From Pseudomonas aeruginosa (GTDB lineage Bacteria > Pseudomonadota > Gammaproteobacteria > Pseudomonadales > Pseudomonadaceae), in NCBI RefSeq assembly GCF_001457615.1, contig NZ_LN831024.1:5490001-5522000 (forward strand): a stretch of DNA of 32,000 nucleotides, written 5' to 3'. Shown here one piece after another: positions 11,836 to 23,040 of this stretch; position 1 is the first letter of the stretch; each line of letters opens with the position of its first letter. The notes under the pieces were generated by a model. It was not told the DNA's origin, did not search any database, and saw only the letters and a program-made list of their open reading frames with translations. The position numbers were made by a program, and so were the translations under genes.

Positions 11836-12429
11836 ATGCATTTGCTGTTCAGCGTCTACCTGAAGATGCTGGTGCTCTATAGCCCCTTCTTCGTGCTGTC
11901 CTGCTTCATCAGCCTCAGCCGCGGCTTCGGCCCGCGCGACCGCAAGCGCATGGCCTGGCGGGTGGCCCTGGCGGCGCTGATCGCCAGCGTCGCGCTGTAC
12001 CTGTTCGGCCGCTACATCTTCATCCTCTTCGGTATCACCGCCGACGCCTTCCGCATCGGCGCCGGCAGCGTGCTGTTCATCTCCGCGCTGGGCATGGCCC
12101 AGGGCCGCGCGGCGGTGCAGAGCGACAACGTGCAGCAGGACGTGACCATCGTCCCGCTGACCATTCCTCTCACCGTCGGCCCCGGCACCATCGGCGCGCT
12201 GCTGGTGATGGGCGTCGGCCAGGGCTGGGAGGCCAAGCTGATCTCCCTGGTGGCGATCTTCCTCGCCTGCCTGACCCTCGGCACCACGCTCTATCTTTCC
12301 GACCGCATCGAACGCCTGCTTGGCGACCAGGGGCTACAGATCGTCAGTCGCCTGATGGGCCTGTTCGTCTGCGCACTGGCGGCGCAGATCATCGTCACCG
12401 GCCTGAAGGGTTCGCTGTTCCCAGGCTGA
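11836..12429 (+). CDS. MarC-family (UPF0056) integral membrane protein, 197 aa
   Basis: Begins MHLLFSVYLKMLVLYSPFFVLSCFISL and contains TIVPLTIPLTVGPGTIGALL, the family signature. The N-terminal part of ORF 11497.. is translated REP array and is rejected. Confidence 0.85.
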   Translation: MHLLFSVYLKMLVLYSPFFVLSCFISLSRGFGPRDRKRMAWRVALAALIASVALYLFGRYIFILFGITADAFRIGAGSVLFISALGMAQGRAAVQSDNVQQDVTIVPLTIPLTVGPGTIGALLVMGVGQGWEAKLISLVAIFLACLTLGTTLYLSDRIERLLGDQGLQIVSRLMGLFVCALAAQIIVTGLKGSLFPG

Positions 12430-12472
12430 GCGCACCAGCCTGAGGCGGACGCCCTGGATGCCGCGCCCTGAC

Positions 12473-12487
12473 GCACCGCGGTGGTGC
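12473..12487. promoter_or_regulatory. NtrC-type enhancer-like palindrome
   Basis: GCACC-gcggt-GGTGC is a perfect core of TGCACC-N5-GGTGCA. An additional half-site, GCACCA, lies at 12432-12437. It sits ~235 bp upstream of the -24/-12 element. Confidence 0.4.
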
Positions 12488-12708
12488 CAGGACGGAGCGA
12501 CGGCGTACCCATGGACGCGCCGCCGGCGGCAAGGAGGGAGGTCAGCGCGACGCCTCCCCTTCCGGAGCCCACGGCGCCTTCTCCGTCGATATCCGGCGAA
12601 AACCCGTTGAAAACGCAGCCTTCCCCGGCATAGCCAGACCTGCTCGGCATGCTTCCCTGGCGACTCGCGGCGCCTTTTCGCCGACCGATACCGGCCAGCG
12701 CCAAGAAG

Positions 12709-12724
12709 AGGCACAGCCTTTGCT
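12709..12724 (+). promoter_or_regulatory. Sigma54 (RpoN) -24/-12 promoter upstream of urtA
   Basis: aGGCACagcctTTGCT compared with TGGCAC-N5-TTGCW. GG is at 12710-12711 and GC at 12722-12723, exactly GG-N10-GC. It lies ~130 nt upstream of the urtA ATG. Confidence 0.55.
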
Positions 12725-12853
12725 CTGGAGCCTCGACGAAGAGATCCAGGCCGCAGTGCGCACCCCGCCGTCCACCGGACGGATGCCCGACGACAAGCAC
12801 GACGCCTCCTGAAAACTGCCGCCCCGACCGCTGGTGAATGGAGAACAACACCA

Positions 12854-14119
12854 ATGAAACGTCGCAGTCTGCTCAAGGCCTTCACGCTGTCCGCGTCCAT
12901 CGCTTCCATGGGCCTGTCCTGGTCCATCCAGGCCGCCGAAACCATCAAGGTCGGCATCCTCCACTCGCTGTCCGGGACCATGGCGATCTCCGAGACCTCG
13001 CTGAAGGACATGGCCCTGATGACCATCGACGAGATCAACGCCAAGGGCGGGGTCAACGGCAGGAAGCTGGAGGCGGTGGTGGTCGATCCCGCGTCGAACT
13101 GGCCGCTGTTCGCGGAAAAGGCCCGCCAGTTGCTGACCCAGGACAAGGTCGCGGTGGTCTTCGGTTGCTGGACCTCGGTGTCGCGCAAATCGGTGTTGCC
13201 GGTGTTCGAGGAACTCAACGGATTGCTGTTCTACCCGGTCCAGTACGAGGGCGAGGAACTCTCGCCGAACGTCTTCTATACCGGCGCGGCGCCGAACCAG
13301 CAGGCGATCCCGGCGGTGGAGTACCTGATGAGCGAGGACGGCGGCGGCGCCAGGCGCTTCTTCCTGCTCGGCACCGACTATGTCTACCCGCGCACCACCA
13401 ACAAGATCCTGCGCGCCTTCCTGCACAGCAAGGGCGTGGACGACAAGGACATCCAGGAGGTCTACACGCCGTTCGGCCACAGCGACTACCAGACCATCGT
13501 CGCCGACATCAAGAAGTTCGCCGCAGGCGGCAAGACCGCGGTGGTCTCCACCGTCAATGGCGACTCCAACGTGCCCTTCTACAAGGAACTGGCCAACCAG
13601 GGCCTGGAAGCCACCGAGGTACCGGTGGTGGCCTTCTCCGTAGGCGAGGAAGAACTGCGCGGCATCGACACCAAGCCGCTGGTCGGCAACCTCGCGGCAT
13701 GGAACTACTTCGAGTCGGTGAGCAATCCGGTCAACGAGAAGTTCGTCGCCGACTGGAAAGCCTACGCCAAGGCGAAGAACCTGCCGAACTACGGCACCGC
13801 GGTGACCAACGACCCCATGGAAGCCACCTACGTCGGCATCCACATGTGGGCGCAGGCCGTGGAAAAGGCCGGCAGCACCGAGGTCGACAAGGTTCGCGAG
13901 GCGATGGCCGGGCAAAGCTTCAAGGCGCCATCCGGCTACACGCTGGTCATGGACAAGAGCAACCACCACCTGCACAAGCCGGTGATGATCGGCGAGATCC
14001 AGGACGACGGCCAGTTCGAAGTGGTCTGGAAGACCCCCGAGCCGCTTCGCGCGCAACCCTGGAGCCCGTTCATCCCGGGTAACGAGAAGAAGCCGGAGCA
14101 TGCGCTGAAGAGCAACTGA
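12854..14119 (+). CDS. urtA: Urea ABC transporter substrate-binding protein, 421 aa
   Basis: Signal peptide MKRRSLLKAFTLSASIASMGLSWSIQA. The LivJ/amide-binding fold pattern is present (IKVGILHSLSGTMAISE..., VVFGCWTSVSRK). A ggaga SD precedes it, and urtBCDE follow. Confidence 0.93.
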   Translation: MKRRSLLKAFTLSASIASMGLSWSIQAAETIKVGILHSLSGTMAISETSLKDMALMTIDEINAKGGVNGRKLEAVVVDPASNWPLFAEKARQLLTQDKVAVVFGCWTSVSRKSVLPVFEELNGLLFYPVQYEGEELSPNVFYTGAAPNQQAIPAVEYLMSEDGGGARRFFLLGTDYVYPRTTNKILRAFLHSKGVDDKDIQEVYTPFGHSDYQTIVADIKKFAAGGKTAVVSTVNGDSNVPFYKELANQGLEATEVPVVAFSVGEEELRGIDTKPLVGNLAAWNYFESVSNPVNEKFVADWKAYAKAKNLPNYGTAVTNDPMEATYVGIHMWAQAVEKAGSTEVDKVREAMAGQSFKAPSGYTLVMDKSNHHLHKPVMIGEIQDDGQFEVVWKTPEPLRAQPWSPFIPGNEKKPEHALKSN

Positions 14120-14152
14120 GTTCTGCCGTGAAGAACCCTGCCCCCCTGACCA

Positions 14153-14181
14153 GGCGTTCCCCTGAACGGAACGGGAACGCC
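14153..14181 (+). promoter_or_regulatory. Intercistronic stem-loop between urtA and urtB
   Basis: A perfect 9-bp stem pairs ggcgttccc (14153-14161) with gggaacgcc (14173-14181) around an 11-nt loop. There is no U-tract. Confidence 0.5.
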
Positions 14182-14264
14182 CCGGTCGCGCGCCTAACGG
14201 CCCCCTCGTCCTTCAGGGAGAGGGCGGGGACCGGCCATACCGCACGTCGCCCAGGAACCCCAGC

Positions 14265-15854
14265 ATGCCCCTTGCCCTCCTCACCCGCCCGCTCCAGGCC
14301 TGTGTCCTGGTCCTGGCCGCCCTTCTCGCGGTGACGGCCTACGCCGGACCGGCGCAGGACTTCGCCGCTGCCGACAACGGCGGTCGCGCCCACCTGCTCG
14401 AACACTGGGCGGCGACGCCCGACGCCGATCGCCTGGCCTTTCTCGAAGCGCTGCGCCACAACCGCATTGCGCTGGACAGCCGCCAGCAGCCATTCATCCT
14501 CGGCGCCGACCAGCGTTTCCAGGCCGCCGAAGGCGACGCCCTGCCGGACGGCGAGCCGAAGCCGCTGCGCCTGAACAATCGCCTGCGCGGCCTGCTCAAC
14601 ACCGCCCTGGCCAGCCACCAGTTGGTGGCCAACGAAGTGCCGCTGCGGCTGGCCGCCGCGCAGCAGTTGCAGAAAACCGCCAAGGCCGCGCAACGGCCGC
14701 TGCTCGAAGCGCGCCTGCGGATCGAGAGCGACGCTGGCGTGAAGGAAGCCCTCGGCCTGGCCCTGGCCAACCTGCAACTCGGCGATCCCGACCCGGCGCT
14801 ACGCCTTTCCGCCGTGCGCTTGCTCGGCGAGTCCGGCGATCCGCTGGCGCGAACCCGCCTGGAGAACCTGCTCGACCCGACGGTAGAACCGGAGGAAGGC
14901 GTGCGCATCGCCGCCGCCACCAGCCTGGCCCAGGTCAAGCGCCGGCTGCTGGTCGGCGACCTGCTCGGCCAGGCCTTCAGCGGCCTGTCGCTGGGCTCGA
15001 TCCTGCTGCTCGCGGCGCTCGGCCTGGCGATCACCTACGGCCTGCTCGGGGTGATCAACATGGCCCACGGCGAAATGCTCATGCTCGGCGCCTATTCCAC
15101 CTACGTGGTGCAACTGCTGTTCCAGCGCCTGGCGCCGGAATGGCTAGCGCTCTACCCGTTGCTGGCGCTACCGGTGGCGTTCTGCGTCAGCGCCGCCATC
15201 GGCATGGCCCTGGAGCGCACGGTGATCCGCCATCTCTACGGCCGGCCGCTGGAAACCCTGCTCGCCACCTGGGGCATCAGCCTGGTGCTGATCCAACTGG
15301 TGCGGATGCTGTTCGGCGCGCAGAACGTCGAGGTAGCCAACCCGGCCTGGCTGTCCGGCGGCATCCAGGTGCTGCCGAACCTGGTGCTGCCGTGGAACCG
15401 CATCGTCATCATCGGCTTCGCCCTGTTCGTGCTGCTCCTCACCTGGCTGCTGCTGAACCGCACGCGGCTCGGCCTGAACGTCCGCGCGGTGACCCAGAAC
15501 CGCAACATGGCGGCCTGCTGCGGGGTGCCCACAGGGCGCGTGGACATGCTCGCCTTCGGTCTCGGCTCGGGCATCGCCGGGCTCGGCGGGGTAGCCCTGT
15601 CGCAGGTCGGCAACGTCGGCCCGGACCTCGGCCAGGGCTACATCATCGACTCCTTCCTGGTGGTGGTGCTCGGCGGCGTCGGCCAGCTCGCCGGCAGCGT
15701 CCTCGCCGCCTTCGGCCTCGGCGTGGCGAACAAGATCCTCGAACCGCAGATCGGCGCGGTGCTGGGCAAGATCCTGATCCTCGCGCTGATCGTCCTGTTC
15801 ATCCAGAAACGCCCGCAGGGACTGTTCGCCCTGAAAGGGAGGGTCATCGATTGA
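14265..15854 (+). CDS. urtB: Urea ABC transporter permease UrtB with ~230-aa N-terminal signal peptide + HEAT-like repeat extension, 529 aa
   Basis: The LivH-type permease core starts near LSLGSILLLAALGLAITYGLLGVINMAHGE (about aa 240). The N-terminus is MPLALLTRPLQACVLVLAALLAVTAYA/GP. Alpha-helical repeats follow, for example DPALRLSAVRLLGESGDPLARTRLENLL. Confidence 0.9.
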   Translation: MPLALLTRPLQACVLVLAALLAVTAYAGPAQDFAAADNGGRAHLLEHWAATPDADRLAFLEALRHNRIALDSRQQPFILGADQRFQAAEGDALPDGEPKPLRLNNRLRGLLNTALASHQLVANEVPLRLAAAQQLQKTAKAAQRPLLEARLRIESDAGVKEALGLALANLQLGDPDPALRLSAVRLLGESGDPLARTRLENLLDPTVEPEEGVRIAAATSLAQVKRRLLVGDLLGQAFSGLSLGSILLLAALGLAITYGLLGVINMAHGEMLMLGAYSTYVVQLLFQRLAPEWLALYPLLALPVAFCVSAAIGMALERTVIRHLYGRPLETLLATWGISLVLIQLVRMLFGAQNVEVANPAWLSGGIQVLPNLVLPWNRIVIIGFALFVLLLTWLLLNRTRLGLNVRAVTQNRNMAACCGVPTGRVDMLAFGLGSGIAGLGGVALSQVGNVGPDLGQGYIIDSFLVVVLGGVGQLAGSVLAAFGLGVANKILEPQIGAVLGKILILALIVLFIQKRPQGLFALKGRVID

Positions 15855-16926
15855 ACCAGCCACTCACCGTCACCCTCGCCCGCCGGGCCGGCGGCCGCGT
15901 CACCGCTATCGCGCTCGGCGCAGCCTTCGCCACGCTGCTGGCCATGCCGCTGCTGCACCTGCTGCCGGCGGACAGCGCGCTGCACCTCTCGGCCTACAGC
16001 CTGACCCTGACCGGCAAGATCCTCTGCTACGCCATCGTCGCCCTCGCCCTCGACCTGGTCTGGGGCTACGCCGGCCTGCTGTCCCTCGGCCACGGGCTGT
16101 TCTTCGCCCTCGGCGGCTACGCCATGGGCATGTACCTGATGCGCCAGGCCTCCGGCGACAGCCTGCCGGCGTTCATGACCTTTCTTTCCTGGAACGAACT
16201 GCCCTGGTACTGGGCCGGCACCCAGCACTTCCTCTGGGCGCTGTGCCTGGTGGTGCTGGTGCCCGGCGCGCTGGCCTTCGCCTTCGGCTACTTCGCCTTC
16301 CGCTCGCGGATCCGCGGCGTGTACTTCTCGATCATGACCCAGGCCCTGACCTTCGCCGGCATGCTGCTGTTCTTCCGCAACGAGACCGGTTTCGGCGGCA
16401 ACAACGGCTTCACCGACTTCCGCAGCATCCTCGGCTTCCCGATCACCGCGCCGGGCACCCGCGCCACCCTGTTCCTCGCCACCGTCGCGCTGCTCGCGGC
16501 CAGCCTGCTGCTCGGCTGGCGCCTGGCGCGAAGCAAGTTCGGCCGGGTCCTCACCGCGCTGCGCGACGCCGAGAACCGCCTGATGTTCTGCGGCTACGAC
16601 CCGCGCGGCTACAAGCTCTTCGTCTGGACCCTGAGCGCGGTGCTCTGCGGCCTCGCCGGCGCGCTGTTCGTGCCGCAGGTGGGGATCATCAACCCCAGCG
16701 AGATGTCGCCGACCAACTCCATCGAGGCCGCCGTCTGGGTCGCCCTCGGCGGACGCGGCACCCTGCTCGGCCCGCTGCTCGGCGCCGGCGTGGTGAACGG
16801 CGCGAAGAGCTGGTTCACCGTGGCCTTCCCGGAATACTGGCTGTTCTTCCTCGGCGCGCTGTTCATCGTCGTCACCCTGTACCTGCCGCGCGGCCTGCTC
16901 GGCCTGCTGCGCAAGGAGAAGGAGCA

Positions 16927-16930
<4 letters not shown>
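15851..16930 (+). CDS. urtC: Urea ABC transporter permease UrtC, 359 aa
   Basis: TTG 15851 overlaps the urtB stop (TTGA), with a strong gggaggg SD 8 nt upstream. LivM-type core: LDLVWGYAGLLSLGHGLFFALGGY. The upstream part of ORF 15140.. is out-of-frame urtB. A later in-frame ATG (MPLLHLL) is an alternative start. Confidence 0.85.
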
Positions 16931-17784
<854 letters not shown>

Positions 17785-17833
17785 CGCCAGCCATCCGCTC
17801 GGCGGGTAGCGCCTGCCAAGTGGCGCCCGTCGC

Positions 17834-17865
17834 GTAGGGCGAATGACCGCTCGCGGTTATCCGCC
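17834..17865. repeat. REP element inside the urtD-urtE spacer
   Basis: GTAG followed by the imperfect palindrome ggcgaatgaccgc tc gcggttatccgcc. A degenerate partner, ggcgggtagcgcc...ggcgcccgtcgc, lies at ~17801-17833. Confidence 0.6.
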
Positions 17866-17920
17866 GAGCCAGGTTGGGAATCGCAGTGAAGAACCATCAC
17901 GGGACAAATGGAAGAGAACC

Positions 17921-18619
17921 ATGCTGCAAGTCGACAAGCTCCACCAGTACTACGGCGGTAGCCATATCCTCCGTGGCCTGAGCTTCGAGGCGAAGGTGGG
18001 CGAGGTGACCTGCCTGCTCGGTCGCAACGGGGTGGGCAAGACCACCCTGCTGCGCTGCCTGATGGGCCTGGTCCCGGCCCGCGAGGGCCAGGTCGCCTGG
18101 GAAGGCCGTTCGCTCACCGGACTCAGGCCGCACCAGCGGGTCCGCGCCGGGATCGCCTACGTGCCGCAGGGACGGGAAATCTTCCCCCGGCTGACGGTGG
18201 AAGAGAACCTGCTGATGGGACTGTCCCGTTTCAGCGCCAGGGACGCCCGGGCGGTGCCGGACTTCATCTACGAGCTGTTCCCGGTCCTGCGCGAAATGAA
18301 ACAGCGCCGCGGCGGCGACCTCTCCGGCGGCCAGCAGCAGCAACTGGCGATCGGCCGCGCCCTGGCCAGCCAGCCGCGACTGCTGATCCTCGACGAACCC
18401 ACGGAAGGCATCCAGCCTTCGGTGATCAAGGAGATCGGCACGGTCGTCCGCAGCCTGGCGGCGCGCGGCGACATGGCGATCCTGCTGGTCGAGCAGTTCT
18501 ACGACTTCGCCGCCGAACTGGCCGACCAATACCTGGTGATGGCGCGCGGCGAGATCGTCCAGCAGGGCCGCGGCCGCGACATGGAGAGCGAGGGCGTGCG
18601 CGGGCTGGTGGCGATTTGA
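17921..18619 (+). CDS. urtE: Urea ABC transporter ATP-binding protein UrtE, 232 aa
   Basis: Begins MLQVDKLHQYYGGSHILRGLSF. Walker A is GRNGVGKTT, the signature is LSGGQQQQLAIG, and Walker B is LLILDEP. ATG 17921 has ggaagaga upstream. Confidence 0.92.
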   Translation: MLQVDKLHQYYGGSHILRGLSFEAKVGEVTCLLGRNGVGKTTLLRCLMGLVPAREGQVAWEGRSLTGLRPHQRVRAGIAYVPQGREIFPRLTVEENLLMGLSRFSARDARAVPDFIYELFPVLREMKQRRGGDLSGGQQQQLAIGRALASQPRLLILDEPTEGIQPSVIKEIGTVVRSLAARGDMAILLVEQFYDFAAELADQYLVMARGEIVQQGRGRDMESEGVRGLVAI

Positions 18620-18702
18620 ACGGACTGGGACACACTGCCGCTGGCGCAACCGGGGCCTGCGCTGGCAATCTCTATGCCCTCGTCTTTCCGCAGGAGGTCG
18701 AA

Positions 18703-19155
18703 ATGACCGTCACTCTGCGCCCGGCCGTCCAGGCCGACGCGGGCTTCGCCGCGCTCTGCGTCGCCGCCGCCTATGCCCCGTGGATCGCGGTGATCGGCCG
18801 CAAGCCCTGGCCGATGACCCAGGACTACCACGAGGTGATCGCCAGCAACCGGGTCCTCATCGCCGAGCACGACGGCCAGCCGGTCGGCCTGCTGGTGACC
18901 CGGGAAACCGCCGACGGCTTCCTCGTCGACAACCTCGCCGTGCTTCCCGAATGCAAGGGCCAGGGCATCGGACGACAACTGCTGGAGCGTGCCGAGCGCG
19001 ACGCGACGAGCCTCGGCTACCGCTCGCTGTACCTCTACACCAATGAGCGGATGACGGAAAACATCGAGCTCTACGCCAGGGTCGGCTACCTCGAATACGA
19101 ACGCCGCCAGGAAGAGGGATTCCGCCGCGTGTTCATGCGCAAGGCCCTGGCCTGA
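18703..19155 (+). CDS. GNAT-family N-acetyltransferase, 150 aa (PA4863-type, substrate unknown)
   Basis: An aggagg SD lies at 18692-18697. The GNAT motif A is [21 protein letters not shown]. It lies in frame within ORF 18616... Confidence 0.85.
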   Translation: MTVTLRPAVQADAGFAALCVAAAYAPWIAVIGRKPWPMTQDYHEVIASNRVLIAEHDGQPVGLLVTRETADGFLVDNLAVLPECKGQGIGRQLLERAERDATSLGYRSLYLYTNERMTENIELYARVGYLEYERRQEEGFRRVFMRKALA

Positions 19156-19163
19156 CCCGACCG

Positions 19164-20006
19164 ATGACCGCCGCCCTCCCCGACCTGAGCTTCCACCCCG
19201 CCTGGCACGCCCAACTGGAGCTGGCCTACGCCCGCGCCGGCGACGCCACCCGCCCGGTGACGCGGCGCCACTCCGGACCGCTGCGGGTGCAGAAGCACCT
19301 CTACGCCGAAGGCCCGGAAGTCTGCCAGCACATCCTCGTGCATCCGCCCGGCGGCATCGCCGGCGGCGACAGCCTGGCCTTCGACGTGCGCCTCGGCGAA
19401 CGCGCCTGGGCCCAGCTCACCAGCCCCGGCGCGGCCAAGTGGTACCGCGCCGCCTGCCCGTCGCGGCAGACCCTGGAGATCCACCTGGAGCCCGGCGCCA
19501 CCCTGGAATGGCTGCCGCAGGAAAGCATCGTCTTCGCCGGCGCCCAGGCCGAACTGGAAACCCGTATCCAGCTGCGCGGCGACGCCCGCCTGTTCTACTG
19601 GGACATGGTCGCGCTCGGCCGCCCGGCCAGCGGCGAGCGCTTCGTCAGCGGCCACTTCGTCGCGGCCCTGGACATCCGTCGCGACGACCGCCTGCTCTGG
19701 CACGAGCGCCAGCGCATCGACGGCGGCGACCGCCTGCTCGACTCGCCGATCGGCCTCGCCGGGCATCCGGTGCTGGCGACCCTGGTCGCCAGCGGCGAGA
19801 TCGACACCGACCTGCTGCAACGCTGCCGCGCGCTCCCCTGCGCCGGCCGCGGCAACCTCAGCCAGTTGCCCGGCGGCCTGCTGGTGGCGCGCTGCCTGGC
19901 CGACGAGGCGCTGCACGCGCGAGCCTGGCTGATCGAACTCTGGCGCCTGCTGCGGCCGGCGCTGCTCGGCCGCGAGGCCGTTCCCCCACGCATCTGGAGT
20001 ACCTGA
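19164..20006 (+). CDS. ureD: Urease accessory protein UreD, 280 aa
   Basis: Contains the UreD/UreH family pattern ([30 protein letters not shown]). It starts 8 nt after the GNAT stop and ends 1 nt before ureA. Confidence 0.9.
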   Translation: MTAALPDLSFHPAWHAQLELAYARAGDATRPVTRRHSGPLRVQKHLYAEGPEVCQHILVHPPGGIAGGDSLAFDVRLGERAWAQLTSPGAAKWYRAACPSRQTLEIHLEPGATLEWLPQESIVFAGAQAELETRIQLRGDARLFYWDMVALGRPASGERFVSGHFVAALDIRRDDRLLWHERQRIDGGDRLLDSPIGLAGHPVLATLVASGEIDTDLLQRCRALPCAGRGNLSQLPGGLLVARCLADEALHARAWLIELWRLLRPALLGREAVPPRIWST

Positions 20007-20007
20007 G

Positions 20008-20310
<303 letters not shown>

Positions 20311-20318
20311 GGCCGGCC

Positions 20319-20837
20319 ATGAGCGCTTCGATCCGCGACGCCGGCGTCGCCGACCTGCCCGGCATCCTCGCCATCTACAACGACGCCGTGGGCAATACCA
20401 CGGCGATCTGGAACGAAACCCCGGTGGACCTGGCCAACCGCCAGGCCTGGTTCGACACCCGCGCCCGCCAGGGCTACCCGATCCTGGTGGCGAGCGACGC
20501 CGCCGGCGAAGTGCTCGGCTACGCCTCCTACGGCGACTGGCGGCCCTTCGAGGGCTTCCGCGGCACCGTCGAGCACTCCGTCTACGTGCGCGACGACCAG
20601 CGCGGCAAAGGCCTCGGCGTGCAACTGCTGCTGGCGCTGATCGAACGTGCGCGGGCCCAGGGCCTGCACGTCATGGTGGCCGCCATCGAAAGCGGCAATG
20701 CCGCCTCGATCGGCCTGCACCGGCGCCTCGGCTTCGAGATCAGCGGGCAGATGCCGCAGGTGGGCCAGAAGTTCGGCCGCTGGCTCGACCTGACCTTCAT
20801 GCAACTGAACCTCGACCCGACGCGCAGCGCGCCCTGA
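20319..20837 (+). CDS. GNAT acetyltransferase of the phosphinothricin/methionine-sulfoximine N-acetyltransferase family, 172 aa (PA4866-type)
   Basis: Begins [29 protein letters not shown]. Motif A is [25 protein letters not shown]. It is inserted between ureA and ureB. Confidence 0.9.
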   Translation: MSASIRDAGVADLPGILAIYNDAVGNTTAIWNETPVDLANRQAWFDTRARQGYPILVASDAAGEVLGYASYGDWRPFEGFRGTVEHSVYVRDDQRGKGLGVQLLLALIERARAQGLHVMVAAIESGNAASIGLHRRLGFEISGQMPQVGQKFGRWLDLTFMQLNLDPTRSAP

Positions 20838-20853
20838 GCCCCAAGGAGCCCCC

Positions 20854-21159
20854 ATGATCCCCGGTGAATACGACATCCAGCCCGGCGATATCGAACTCAA
20901 CGCCGGCCGCCGCACCCTCGCCCTGAGCGTGGCGAACACCGGCGACCGGCCGATCCAGGTCGGCTCGCACTACCACTTCTTCGAGGTCAACGACGCCCTC
21001 GCCTTCGACCGTCCGGCCACCCGTGGCATGCGCCTGAACATCGCCGCCGGCACCGCGGTGCGCTTCGAACCGGGGCAGAGCCGCGAGGTGGAGCTGGTGG
21101 AAATCGGCGGCGGACGGCGGGTATACGGCTTTGCCGGGCGGGTGATGGGGGACCTCTAG
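20854..21159 (+). CDS. ureB: Urease beta subunit, 101 aa
   Basis: Begins [46 protein letters not shown]. An aaggag SD precedes it. Confidence 0.97.
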
Positions 21160-21221
21160 GGCCCCACTGGCCAGGTTCGACCAAAGACAGCGAACACCGA
21201 CGATCGCCAAAGGAGCGTTCG

Positions 21222-22922
<1,701 letters not shown>

Positions 22923-22936
22923 TTCCCACGCGACGG

Positions 22937-22957
22937 GTCCCGGCGCCACGCCGGGAC
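22937..22957 (+). terminator. GC-rich hairpin after ureC (possible operon end)
   Basis: A perfect 9-bp stem pairs gtcccggcg with cgccgggac around a cca loop, starting 15 nt after the ureC stop. There is no U-tract. Confidence 0.4.
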
Positions 22958-23040
22958 GTCGACCGCTCCGTTCGGACAGCTTGGCTTGTCGGCGCTAGCG
23001 GCGACAATGGCGCCTACCCGTAGCCGCCGGCAGTCCGTCC

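Noticed and set aside
12730-12853. A possible riboswitch (guanidine/ykkC-type) or leader peptide (ORF 12649..12837) in the urtA 5' leader.
   Set aside because: I could not recognise conserved ykkC-type helices or loops. The 62-aa ORF is Arg/Pro-rich with no SD and spans the predicted promoter.
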